Translations under genes and position numbers: made by a program | Notes under the pieces: generated by a model | Databases searched by the model: none | Told to the model about the DNA's origin: nothing | What the model saw: only the letters and a program-made list of their open reading frames with translations | Source of the DNA: Macrostomum hystrix | Taxonomy: Eukaryota > Animalia > Platyhelminthes | Direction: 5' to 3' | Assembly: GCA_950097015.1 (NCBI GenBank) | Contig: CATNEN010000028.1 | Span: forward strand, 62,001-126,000 | DNA: 64,000 nucleotides | In this document: positions 28,901 through 40,900 of the stretch, piece after piece | Layout of the letters: the number at the start of each line of letters is the position of its first letter | How positions within the stretch are numbered: position 1 is the stretch's first letter

Positions 28901-31900
28901 ATTCACCCGCAGGTGTTTGTCGTTGGCATCTCGGCTGTGGGCGTGGTCACTCACCTAGTGGCGTTCATCTTTCCCTACGGGTCGAATGAGCGCCTGGATG
29001 CCCTGTTCGCCCGCAACCAGCTCTTTGCCTTCGCCACTCTGCTCTGCTTCGTGGTGTTCCTGGAGTTCCTGACCTTTCATCACCAGTTCGGGCCCTGGTC
29101 CATCATCATCCGGGACATCATGCGCGACCTCATGCGCTTCCTGGTCATGCTGGCCCTGTTCGTCATGGGCTTCACGCTGATGCTGCGCGCCACCTACGTG
29201 GCAGTCTACGCGCCGCAGTCCAGCTCCGCGCTGACCTTAGTCAACAAGAATCTCATCGCCTCCTTCGAAGAGCTTTTCTTCGCCCTGTTCGGCTTCATAG
29301 AGCCAGACTTTCAGCCGAACCTTGCTCTGGCACCGTCCTGGACTGTCACTCTGGTGAAGATTCTATTTGGCGGCCATCTTGTTGTGTGTATCATTGTGCT
29401 CATCAATCTGCTCATCGCCATGATGACCGATACCTATCAGCGCATCCAGACCGAGTCGGACACCGAGTGGAAGTTCGGCCGAGCAAAACTGATTCGCAAC
29501 ATGAACAAGACCAGCCCGACGCCGACCCCGCTGATCCTGTTCACCCAGCTGTTCACCGTGTTGCGCAACGCCTCGCAGAAGGGTCGCGCTCAGCACCGAT
29601 TAGGTACGAAATCAAGTTAGATGCATTACTTTTTTTAGATTTACGAGCTACGTACTTAAAATGCTTGATGTGTGCTACTGCTTAGCGCATGATCAAGTCC
29701 CAAGTGAGCACATTGACCCCCTTGGCTTGTTTTGGTCTACCCTGAAGGCCAATGTCTCGTTCTCGCCTAGTTGTACAGGGAAAACGTATTACTTTGTTTT
29801 GATGTTTTCAGGTGTTGAACTGTAAATGCTCGTAGTCTGACAATGAAATCTTAGAAGATTTGGAAAACCGCGGGATTTCCTTTTGGCTGGAAGCCAAAAT
29901 TAAAGTCGTGATTTGTAAATGTATCGGAGACTCTGTTTAAGTATTTATATTTAAAATGTTATATACAAACCTGAAATATTTGAGGCTTTGACGAGGATGA
30001 AGACCCAGCCGTGGAGGACACAAGCAGGCCGGATGTGGCGCAATCGCAGGCTCTGGTCGCCGGAAGGAACCAACGCGAGTCTTCTTCCGGTTAGTGGCTT
30101 TTTGCAGAGTTCCTTTTAAAATCTTCTATACTGTGATAAAATAAGAAACAATTTTTAGTCTTTGCAGTAAGAGACCGTCTTTACGACAGTGATAAAAATG
30201 TAGCAATAATTTTACGCTGAAGTGCAAAAGTTCGAGTGCATTAGTAAAAGTGCAACATGAAAGTACACACAAAAAGTGCAAATCTGAAAATAATTATTCG
30301 CTTATTTTATAGCGTTCAACCATCTAATCGCGCCTCATTTCAGTCGCTCTTAGCATGAGCCAAGCTGCCACACGGCCGCCGATAATTACAACAGGTGATG
30401 AAAGATAGCAATCGGTATTACCGATAAGAGTCTGCATGTAAAAGCTAGCTTAAATTTCGGCGACTAACAATTAATCACTCAATCATTGCTTCGGCTGAGT
30501 TATCAGTTAAAACAACTAACTAACAAGGCACATTATTATAAAGATATTATTAACTAATTTCTGATATGACACTAACCATGCGTGAATGAATGCTTTCTGC
30601 TATGAAACTTGCAGAATAGCTACTTGTTGAAATACAAGTATTGTAGTGAAAACAATCCATTACGATATCACAGCAGTAAGAGCTTTTGTTTTGGGCCTCT
30701 GAATTGAAAGGACCAGGCACCAATACATTTAGCAATAGCGAGAAATAAGAAGGGGTTATGGGTGTGAAAATGGGTCAGAGGGTGAGAGATGAAAAGGAGG
30801 GGTGGAAAGCGAGCCAATCAGAGACGAGGCAGAGAAAATAGAAATTACGGTTAGCTTGAGCTCAGAAGTTAAAGAGGCAGAGAGGTAGAGAAGAGCTACA
30901 GAGTACACTTAAAAAGCGAGTGAAAGCAAAAAACACGTTAAGCAAATAACAAGTAGTATGAGTATGAGTAGTATGAGTGGTACCAATATTTTTATTTATT
31001 AGATCTTTTTGACCTGACGAGTGACGCGTCCATTTTATTGTTCAAAAGCAGAATTTTGAACGTATATTTATAATATACATTGAACTGTTTAACATGTATT
31101 CACCGTATCAGAAGCATCGTATTACTGACTAATCACATCCTCGCCTAACTTTCAGAGTTCATTTTCGACGATGGCGGAACAAGACCGCTGTCTCAGAGTC
31201 AGGGTACATCACGGAAAAATTTTCGCTTTTTGCCATTTACTAGGCAGTTTAGAAAATACTTGCCGAATTAGACCGCACACTAGTCAACATAATGCAATTT
31301 TTGAACAAAAACAAATCACCCAAATTTCACAAAGCTACTAATTATTGCACGACCATGACCTGCAGTTTTTAGGAACAGTGGTATGAGGTGGTGTGAGAAA
31401 AGGACCTGTGACTTAAAGGACCTGTGGAAAAGGGACCATAGACTTAAAGGACCTGTGGAAAAGGGACAATAGACTTAAAGGACCTGTGGAAAAGGGACCA
31501 TAGACTTAAAGGAACTGTGGAAAAGGGACCATAGACTTAAAGGAACTGTGGAAAAGGGATCATAGACTTAAAGGAACTGTGGAAAAGGGATCATAGACTT
31601 AAAGGAACTGTGGAAAAGGGACCATAGACTTAAAGGACCTGTGGAAAAGGGACCATAGACTTAAAGGAACTGTGGAAAAGGGACCATAGACTTAAAGGAC
31701 CTGTGGAAAAGGGATCATAGACTTATAGGACCTTGTGGAAAAGGTACCATAGACTTAAAGGACCTGTGGAAAAGGGACCATAGACTTAAAGGAACTGTGG
31801 AAAAGGGACCATAGACTTAAAGGACCTGTGGAAAAGGGACCATAGACTTAAAGGAACTGTGGAAAAGGGACCATAGACTTAAAGGAACTGTGGAAAAGGG

Positions 31901-32680
31901 ACCATACACTTAAAGGACCTGTGGAAAAGGGACCATAGACTTAAAGGAACTGTGGAAAAGGGATCATAGACTTATAGGACCTTGTGGAAAAGGTACAATA
32001 GACTAAAAGGACCTGTGGGAAAAAGAACAATGGTATGAAGAACCTGTGAGAAAAAACCAGTCACAAATAAAGTGACAAGGGACTTAGGGATCGTTTATAA
32101 AGGCTCAGTGCCCCCTAAGAACCGTGGGATAAAGGCTCAGTGACTTGAAGGACGAGCACAGTTGACAGAGTGGTAGAAAGTGCGATCGAGTAAGTTTGGG
32201 CTATTTTCTTAGGAAAATGCACGGCCGAAGGTCACCAAGCAGTCTGTTCCTAAACATTCTGCATCACTCAAAATTGTTTCGATATTGCTATAATTGTTGT
32301 GCGTCTAGCTTGGAGTAAAGCAATTTGTGTCACTTTTCTTTTCTTCTCTTCTTCCCCCCCCCCGTGCACCTCGCTGAGATGCCATCGGATCGAGTAGCCA
32401 ATACTCAATAGACTATATAAGTTTCAGTTCACTAAACTATGCAATTCCTGTTTCAGGCCTGAACACTAGCAGAGAACAGCGTGGCCCAGTCAAGCTGGAA
32501 GACGTTGTCGACTGGAAGGTTGTGATTGTCAAGTTCACCAGAATGCAGGGAATGCAAGGCAGAGACAGCGGCGACAGCGAGGGTGACAATGGCGGGCGCA
32601 GAGCCGGCAGCGGGCGCCGTCGCGGCTCCCAGATGGCCGACTCCAGCTCTAGATTGGGCTCGCGAGTTATGGACGATTGA
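10598..32680 (+). CDS. nompC: NompC/TRPN mechanosensitive TRP channel, 29 ankyrin repeats + transmembrane/TRP domain, about 1801 aa, 24 exons
   Basis: Exons with GT-AG and consistent phase: 10598-11140, 11840-11941, 12986-13084, 13605-13715, 13794-13997, 14075-14176, 16387-16767, 16864-17088, 17601-17855, 17950-18063, 18267-18365, 18448-18648, 24614-24712, 25530-25628, 26054-26308, 26726-26914, 26998-27105, 27283-27480, 27919-28821, 28913-29603, 29985-30089, 30344-30394, 31156-31203, 32457-32680 (sum 5406 nt). I counted 29 TPLH-type repeats. Pore FFALFG; TRP helix DTYQRIQTESDTEWKFGRAKLIRNM; C-terminal KLEDVVDWKVV motif, as in NompC. The three small 3' exons and the start codon are less certain. 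Confidence 0.93.
11160..11790. repeat. 24-bp tandem repeat, about 26 copies (TRPN intron 1)
   Basis: Unit catgatgctagtcatggttctgct; begins about 20 nt after the donor at 11141. Confidence 0.95.
12037..12051. promoter_or_regulatory. Candidate RFX X-box in TRPN intron 2
   Basis: GTTGCCAATAGCAAC fits GTNRCC-N(0-3)-RGYAAC. Confidence 0.3.
13207..13500 (+). mobile_element. SINE family 2 (tRNA-like head + conserved body)
   Basis: Head with B-box-like agctcgattcc, then atttgggg...agaaggcttggg...tgcctgacgatgagaaagtcagggcagatgtacacacctgtgtgag...gtgtgctcagg. Homologous to 15965, 17410, 25270, 38030 and 61730. Confidence 0.75.
14225..15925. repeat. 30-bp tandem repeat, about 57 copies (TRPN intron 6)
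   Basis: Unit gagatgtttcatgagtggctgatgatttcc. The 578-aa ORF 14189..15925 is spurious. Confidence 0.95.
15965..16245 (-). mobile_element. SINE family 2 copy
   Basis: Reverse complement of 13207-13500 (catctgccctgactttc, aagccttctc, gccccaaat). Confidence 0.75.
17130..17375 (+). mobile_element. Degenerate SINE family 1 copy
   Basis: tRNA-like head, gtgtccctgagca, agctgggga, gggtgggtgtggcg and gactgaacagctgt match 24830-25140. Confidence 0.65.
17410..17525 (+). mobile_element. SINE family 2, 5' part
   Basis: agctcgattccgcggtgaggccacattaatttggggcgcagccgcggagagaaggcttgggg. Confidence 0.7.
18690..24602. repeat. 22/23-bp satellite, about 5.9 kb (about 260 copies), filling TRPN intron 12
   Basis: Units ccacaaatctattcacattcact and ccacaaaccatccacattccct. 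The 1000-1800 aa ORFs here are spurious. Confidence 0.97.
24830..25140 (+). mobile_element. SINE family 1, near full length: tRNA(Val-like) head + CORE-like domain
   Basis: A-box TAGCCTAGTGG, B-box GGTTCGATTCC, loop CTCACGA, followed by gtcctttagcaagacacttaactctgcattgcttcagttcacccagctgttaaatgggtacc, which resembles the CORE-SINE domain. Confidence 0.85.
25270..25500 (+). mobile_element. SINE family 2 copy
   Basis: gcgtttgcctctcgcgccaagg...gagctcgaatccacggcgaggccac...cactgcctgacgatgagatagtcaggg. Confidence 0.75.
26330..26670. repeat. G-rich 20-25-bp degenerate tandem repeats (TRPN intron 15)
   Basis: ggggagtaaagtttggggtagagt and gtagagtgtgggagtagagttacgg units. Confidence 0.85.
27490..27805. 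repeat. 52-bp tandem repeat, about 6 copies (TRPN intron 18)
   Basis: cctcactcccg recurs at 27494, 27546 and onward. Confidence 0.9.
30133..30197 (-). other. Spliced-leader-like insertion flanked by a 9-bp direct repeat
   Basis: Minus strand CGTAAAGACGGTCTCTTACTGCAAAGACT. GTGATAAAA at 30133-30141 and 30189-30197. 21 nt are identical to 62647-62667. Confidence 0.7.
31400..32020. repeat. 31-bp tandem repeat, about 20 copies (last TRPN intron)
   Basis: Unit gacttaaaggacctgtggaaaagggaccata. Confidence 0.95.
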
Positions 32681-33904
32681 CCGAAGTTTATTTGACGAAC
32701 AGAAGTTTGTTTGATTAGCAAAAATATTATTAAAATATCGGGGGATTTTACTCGATTAGCAGATCAAAGTTAACGGAAGCTTATTTGATCATCGAAACTT
32801 TTCTTGACTTACGCAAGTTTAATTGCTTAATTATCGTTTGTTCTGTCAGCTGAAGTGTAACTTCATGGTGGAACCATATTTTTCAAGAGCTGATTATTGT
32901 TTTTAAAATGAAAGATGAAAAAGCAGTTTAAAAGCTAAAGTATTTTCTCCAATAAAGAAAGTATCTTTTTCAATGTACTTTAATCTTCTCTCTTTGTAGT
33001 GTTTTATCTTCATTTCATAGATTATTTTTGTCTCATAAATTTGTAAAATTTCAGATCAAAGTTAAAAAAATATTGGCGAACTCTGACTCAGCACACATTT
33101 CGGTTCTAAGCAAGCTTTCCGGATTATTTATACCGTTGGCGTAAGTCGACCACGCAGATTGCAAACTATGTAAAAATATTACATTAAATATTTTTTTGTA
33201 ATGATCCACTAACTCTTTGATATCAGCTTTGTTGATTCCGTTACGATGCAAATTCTTTTTCATAATTATCACGGAAGAACAATATAGTTCAATTCAAAAT
33301 ACGAAATTAGAATTCGTCATTTGTACAATAAAGAAAGTTTAATTCTTAATTATTTTTTTATTACTGGAAAAATCCTTGCTTTATGAAAAATAGTTGATAC
33401 TCGTGTTTGAATAGAAAATCTAAAGTTCAAGTTAAAGATATTTTTATATCCTAAAAATAAAAAAAACAATAAAACAAAGAAAATTCAATATCCATCGTAA
33501 TCAAAATGATTTTTATATGTAGTTAAATATTTTTTATAATCAATGCACTGCAATTTTATTAACTATCGATGAACGAACTACACTTCAAAAACGAATAAAT
33601 ATATTTTTTAAAGAATTAAGAAATCACAAAAATCACTGTCACAATGCTATACGACATCGAATTGTAACAAAAAGTTCAGCGAATAAATAGTTTTTTCATG
33701 CAACTGAGAGACAAAAAGGGAGAAAAGAAGGAACAGCAGTGGGACAGATCTATGGAAGCTCATCGGAATAAAAACATAATCAAATAACCAAAGTGATCAT
33801 TAAGCGATCACTGTCAATAAAAAATTGATTAATTTTACAATTTTCTAGGCCTCCATATCACAAACTTAATTGATCAAAATACGAAGTGGTGGCTGGGTTA
33901 GACT

Positions 33905-34725
33905 CTGAGCACCCACAAGACCCACCACCCAGATTCCTCAGTAGGAGGATGGGTTTGACCTTGAGGGCCTGCCCAGACCCACCACCCCGATTCCTCACTA
34001 AGATCATGGGTTTGACCTTGAAGGCCTGCATAGACCCACCACCCCGATTCCTCAGTAAGATCATGGGTTTGACCTTGAAGGCCTGCATAGACCCACCACC
34101 CCGATTCCTCAGTAAGATCATGGGTTTGACTTTGAGGGCCTGCCCAGACCCACCACCCCGATTCCTCAGTAAGATCATGGGTTTGAACTTAGGGCCTGCC
34201 CAGACCCACCACCCCGATTCCTCAGTAAGATCATGGGTTTGACTTTGAGGGCCTGCCCAGACCCACCACCCCGATTCCTCAGTAAGATCATGGGTTTGAC
34301 CTTGAGGGCCTGCCCAGATCCACCACCCCGATTCCTCTGTAAGATCATGGGTTTGACCTTGAGGGCCTGCATAGACCCACCACCCCGATTCCTCAGTAAG
34401 ATCATGGGTTTGACTTTGAGGGCCTGCCCAGACCCACCACCCCGATTCCTCACTAAGATCATGGGTTTGACCTTGAGGGCCTGCCCAGACCCACCACCCC
34501 GATTCCTCAGTAAGATCATGGGTTTGACCTTGAGGGCCTGCATAGACCCACCACCCCGATTCCTCACTAAGATCATGGGTTTGACCTTGAAGGCCTGCCC
34601 AGACCCACCACCCCGATTCCTCAGTAAGATCATGGGTTTGACCTTAGGGTCTGCCCAGACCTACCACCCCGATTCCTCAGTAAGATCATGGGTTTGACCT
34701 TGAGGGCGTGCCCAGACCCACCACT
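33905..34725. repeat. 57-bp tandem repeat, about 14 copies, between the convergent TRPN and SPATA1 3' ends
   Basis: Unit gcctgcccagacccaccaccccgattcctcagtaagatcatgggtttgaccttgagg. Confidence 0.95.
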
Positions 34726-34997
34726 CATTTTTCGCCTTCAAAAGGGCCTAGAGTAAATAAATATATGTAGTTAGTAACACTCGATGGCGTCGTAAAATAC
34801 GTTAAATGTTGTTTTGGTAAATCTCTCAGTCCAAGCCAATCTTGAATATTACAAAATAGGGCAAATCAAGTAATACTAAAAATGTGATTCAAAAAATTCT
34901 GTCTGTTTCTAGGAACACAAAAATAAGGTGCATTGCAAATTTTCAATCGAGATACGGGCGTACTATCAACTCTGTTAATTTCCATGTCTGGTATGTC

Positions 34998-37900
34998 TTA
35001 AGAGGCCAAGTGACCCATCTGCTGGGTGCGAGTCATGGACAGGTTGAGCTTGCGCTGTGTCAACTCAGCCTTCATCGCTCGGAGCTCAGCTTCGGCTTGG
35101 GTTCGCAGCTAAAATGAAGATTTTATAGTTAAAAGTGAGAGACAAACTTTTAGAAAACGTTGTAATCACAATTAGTTTGCTTGCTGACATCTAGAAATGA
35201 GAACCAACCTTAACTTCAGCAGTCAGCTTCATCTTCGAGTCGTCAACGCGACGCTGCAGCTCCTCGATTTCGTGCTGCATTCGCGTGGCTTGGATGCGCA
35301 GATTCAGCTGCAGGGTAAGCCGGTGACGGTTCAGTAGAACTTTGTTTTCTAGACAAACTTGCGATATATACTACCAATACTGTCACCTGATTTCTCAGGG
35401 TATGATCGGGCCTTTCATTAAAGTATTTCCCATACCCGAAACCCCATTCCCCAGATTGTGCTTGGGAGTGTCCTTGAAGGATTTCCCACAACCACAATGC
35501 AATTTTCAAGGCCGTCTTTTGGCGTGTCCTTGAAGCATTCCCGCCAACCTATTTCCCTGCATGGTGTGTCCTTCGTAAATGCTGCGTGTTCGGGGCATAC
35601 CTGGCAATCTGCATCAGCATCTGTAAGGTCCTGAAGCCTCACCTGCTGAGTTGCATCCGGCGTGTCGATATTTTTGCCGTCCTTGACACGAGAGGTCATG
35701 GTTGAGACCATCCGCTTGTGGTAGGACTCGAGTTCCTCTCGCAGCCTGTTGGCCTGATCCTCCAACGGGGTCGTTAGCTTTTTCTCCTCAAAGTAGCGCT
35801 TCTTCCATATATCACGGGCTGAATGAAAGACGGCAATCAGGCAATTATGATCGCTAAATTATCTTTTTCAAAGTGAGGCGAGAAGAATTTCGCGAATTTT
35901 TCGAGGAGTGAAGAAGGAACAATCAATATAATCACCTACTTCAAGCCTCGCTCTATTGGGTAAAAATACACCCACCTCACTCCATGCCTTTTTCTACAAG
36001 GCAAAAATACACCCACCTCACTCCCGCTCTCTTCACCGCGCGAAAACACAACAACCTTACTTTAAATTAAAAGCCTCCCGAAATCATCGAAGAACATTCA
36101 CAACCTCTTTTAATTACTGATGAGTGAAATCGTCAGTATTAAAACAATAAGCCTACAAGCAATTTGGTCATGAATGCAGTTTCATATGCTCCGGAGCTAT
36201 TTAAGTGTAGAATATAATATAATCAATTAATGTTTGTACTAAAATAATTAGTAGCGAATCAGTACACAGAGGAACAAAAACAGCTTTGCCAATGCTTGAC
36301 ATATAATTTTTTTGGCAATAGAAATTTAAGTAGTTTGTTTAATTGGACTATCAGGTTTGCTTACTTAATTACTTGTAATAATCCGGAAAATACCGTTTTG
36401 ATGCAATTAAGGAGGGAATCAAACCATATAATTGATTGTATTTTTATTTCGTAAGTGACGTAAACATAGGATTGAGTAAATTGAGATAAAACGCTTATTA
36501 TCTACGAGCCATTCTAGCTCTCCACATACCTGCCAGACTTTGGAAACCTGAAAAGTACCAATCCAATTAAAATTTTATCCAGGTAAAATTTAATAATATA
36601 CTGCTTTGATTAGCCCACCAGAAGCAGAGTATGCAAACGTAACCGCTCACCTTGATTGCGCATATTCTGCGTCCGGGCCTGCAGCTGGCGCGCCCGCCGG
36701 ATGAGGTCGTCGCGACGTCGTTCGATCTCCGAGCGCTCGTCGCGAACTCGCTGCAGCTCGGCCAGGAGAAGCTCACCTGTTTCGAGTTTGCTTCATTCTC
36801 ATAAAAATGAAATAATGAAATTATTACGACTTGTTAAGTTGTTATTACTTCCCCTTCTCTGTGTGCTTGTTTACACTCGCGCACCCTCTTATTGTATTTT
36901 CGCCATCTCTCCCTGCATCTGTTCAACTTCTTAGCTAAACCTTTACTTCTCTTTCCTCTCCCCGTCTCTGATTGGCTAGCTGTTCGTCTCTCTTTCCTCA
37001 CCCCTAATTTTCGGCTCTTACCCTGTGGCCCGTCCTTATCTGTTAGTTCATTGTAATATTTTCGGCCAACGTTTCGGCCTGCTCGCAATTCGTTTCGTTC
37101 AGTGCAGCAAACACTGGCTCTTACTGCGAAGACTCGATTAATTGTAGGAAGTCACTATACGACCAGTCGTTCACTGCATTTCGGCATATTCTTAGATGTT
37201 CCTTCCAACAAATGCCACAGAACACACAAGCTCTCAGCTCGCTGTCTGTGGCCAAGTATTAGACGATGTGTTTTACGCCAACAAGGGCCAACCCTGCTTT
37301 TCGTGTCGTACAGCAATAAAATAACTTTGCAATGGTGGTACAAGATGCTGATTAGAAAAGTGTTTCAAGGAAATAGTGTGCTCAATTCAAATCAGCAAAG
37401 CGTGGAATTCCGCATACAAATTCTAAAAACAAACCATTTTTTTCGTATTACTTTTTATGGTTTAGTTGTGGCTCCGGTTAAAAATAATTGTAAAAATATT
37501 TTGTGCTCTACTGACAGTAGAATGCTTAGCAATGGGGACTTTTGTTAGTATGATTCTATTCTATTCTAGCCATCGAATACATCTGGTTGCCATGGTGATT
37601 TCACTAGTGAGCACTTCGTGGAGCTCAAAATCGCAGCCCCCGTCTCAGCTCTGGTGACACAAATTTGCGAAAAGAAGCAGAGAATGATACAACAAATCGA
37701 CTGCAAACTTAACATTTTATTGCGGTGGCACTTACAGGTTGAGAGTGGGAACAAGTCGCTAACTTGATGGTAGCTGAGAATTGGCAGTAAGAGATTTTAC
37801 CGAGTTTTCAAGCAACGATGCGAATTATTCGCTTCGCTCTTAACTACAATGACCCAGTCCTAACCCTAACCCTAAATGGCACTTACGTTCTCGCCGCATT

Positions 37901-40900
37901 TCCTCTTGTGGATCAATCGATGTCGCTTCTTCGATTAGCAGATTTGGCACCATCTGAAATTAAAAATTGCAGTTAGGGAGAGTTGAATATTAAAGATTAG
38001 GGACAACGCTGCGCGCTCAAAACTCTCATCAAGCGGCCTGAGTTCGAATCCGCAAATGGATTCACGTTGATTTAGGGTCGCAGCCACGTGGACAAAGCTT
38101 GGGGCTTTTTGCGAACTTAAGTCACAGAAATACCATCTGATCTTTGCAGTTAATCACTAGGATAGTTTTGTTGAAATCACGGTGAACTTGTTGCCAAGTT
38201 GTTCTATATATTTCTATGTGACTTCTAAGCAATTTTTAGATACGCTACGATATAAAATCACGCATACTATACGAGTATACACAAAGAGGATTGACTTCCT
38301 AAGACACTGGATTCTGAATTCTGTGTACAGAGAGAGTGTACACAGCCTGACGAGGTGAAAGCCAGGGCAGATGTACACAACTTCCAGATGCCGCAATAAT
38401 GCAGAATTCAATAAGGCCAGCAAGGCAGCAACATTTCCTTTCGCAATTAGCGGCAGAAGAAGCAGTCGATGGCCATGTTTGTACTGCTAGCAATTATTGC
38501 CAAGTATATTTGATGAGACTGCGGCAATAGCTGATAAAAGGACAGCCACGTCTTTCAGAAGACTTCCCAACATCCGTGGAACCAGCGCAAAACGATTTTT
38601 TTCTTGAAATCTTAACCCACGCTGGTCCCGGAGACGGCATAGCAACCAGTTCCCGGTCTCAGGGGGTGGGGGCAGGTGTCAGGAAGCAACGCCGAGGAAA
38701 ATGGCGCCGGGAAAAATTCCAACCCTCATTTAGCTCTTCTGATCCCCTCAGTCGCTCTCACTCTCATCCCTAAGTCCCATTATTCCCATTTGCCTTGAAA
38801 TTGAAATAATGGTTTAAAAGGATAATACCTTCTAAAAAGTATTGTCATCAAGTGTCAGGCAGTTTTGGGATAGGGAGAGAGAAAGACAGGCAGATGTGAA
38901 CTTTCGCAAAAGCAAAGTGCCGTACAATTCAAGTCAAGTTTCTTCTTCTAAAAGTTCGGGAAAAATACCTTAAGCACTCAGAGAATGATAAAAAAGGACT
39001 CAATTGGAGTGATGGAACCAGTGACAGATGTCAGATGAAACAGAGTGACAGATGCCAGAACAGAGTGACAGATATCAGACGAAACAGAGTGACAGATACC
39101 AGACGAAACAGAGTGACAGATGTCAGACGAAACAGAGTGACAGATGTCAGACGAAACAGAGTCACAGATGTCAGAACAGAGTGACAGATATCAGAACAAA
39201 CAGAGTGACAGATGCCAGACGAAACAGAGTGACAGATATCAGACGAAACAGAGTGACAGATGTCAGACGAAACAGAGTGACAGATGTCAGAACAGAGTGA
39301 CAGATATCAGACGAAACAGAGTGACAGATGTCAGACGAAACAGAGTGACAGATGTCAGATGAAACAGAGTGACAGATGTCAGACGAAACAGAGTGACAGA
39401 TGTCAGACGAAACAGAGTGACAGATGTCAGATGAAACAGAGTGACAGATGTCAGAACAGAGTGACAGATATCAGACGAAACAGAGTGACAGATGTCAGAC
39501 GAAACAGAGTGACAGATGTCAGATGAAACAGAGTGACAGATGTCAGACGAAACAGAGTGACAGATGTCAGACGGAACAGAGTGACAGATGTCAGACGAAA
39601 CAGAGTGACAGATGTCAGACGGAACAGAGTGACAGATGTCAGAACAGAGTGACAGATGTCAGAACAGAGTGACAGATGTCAGAAAAGAGTGACAGATGTC
39701 AGAACAGAGTGACAGATGTCAGAACAGAGTGACAGATGTCAGAAAAGAGTGAAAGATGTCAGAAAAGAGTGACAGACGTCATGCTTACCCCGCCGGTTTC
39801 ATCATCTTCATCAGCCGCCAGAGCAGCCGCCTCTTCTTCGGCAAGTCTGTCAAAAAAAATTTTGATTAAAAAAACATTTTGTAGAAGCAGCTGGGGCATT
39901 GTAAGAAACTGTAGAGTTTCTTATTCATTCTTTGTTAGTACTCGATGTAAACAAAGGTAAAATAGCTTTTTACATAGATTCTCAGGTAACATGCAAGGTT
40001 TGCACTTCAATAGAGTCTTTGATAAATCCACTGTTAGTCGATCAATAAAATTATCCAGAATTTAATCACTTTGCATAATCAATTATTAGCTGTCGCAACT
40101 GTGTTTTATAAATTAATTAGTATGAAAAAATAATGATGCTTGTGAGCAGTCGACAATACATCATCGACTGAGCCAGTCTACCCCAACACATGAGGGTTCT
40201 TAGCAGAGAATAAAACACACATCTAGCTGAGTTCTGACTTGGCCACAAGCAGCAATTTCAACAGCAACTCATGGAGTCCAATGCGGCCCCCTAAAGCCCA
40301 GATTGGTTAAAGCAAACAGAATTGCACAGCGCTAGTGAGTAGTGTTTTGGCGGGTCCACTCAACTAAGAGTGATAGCATCAAATGTAAGAACATTCGCTA
40401 GACATGGTAGACCAGCAGAGAGAGTCAAAGAGAGGAAAATATGGTTGCTATGCAAACCGATGAGACCTATTCTCTGCGGCTAAGCTGAAGAAAATAAAAC
40501 ACAATACTCAGCGTATTTTTGCCTATTTGTCTAATTTCGCAGAAATTATTTTTTAACTTTCAAAATTGGAAATTTTTAACTGATTATTTTTGTGATTGTT
40601 AACTAAAATAGATGCACAGGACAATCAGAAAAATCGTAATTAGAGTATTAATCTGGTGAAAATTTGGAATTAGGAATCATTTAGTCTGGCCGTTTGGTTC
40701 CGGTTAATCAGGTATAAAATCAATTAGAAATGTATAAACATTTTTAGGAGACCTGGTTTTGCTCCAGTCTTACACTTCTTTTGAAATGTTCTCTTCCTGA
40801 ATCGAAGGGTTCTTCTCTGTTGCCATGGCAACAACGCTTTGGTGTTGGCTCTCATCCTGGGCTGTGGATTCTGAGCCCTGAGCCCTTTTTGTCTCTTTGG

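Noticed and set aside
33051-33272. AT-rich ORF, possibly a transposon remnant
   Set aside because: No recognisable motif or element boundaries; it needs BLASTx.
37566-37652. Extra SPATA1 exon candidate
   Set aside because: It has a stop in the required phase 1, and the flanking exons already join in phase without it.
37784-37799. Fourth SL-like match (gcagtaagaga)
   Set aside because: Only 11 nt match, which is compatible with chance.
37861-37875. TAACCC telomeric repeats
   Set aside because: Only 2.5 units inside an intron; not informative.
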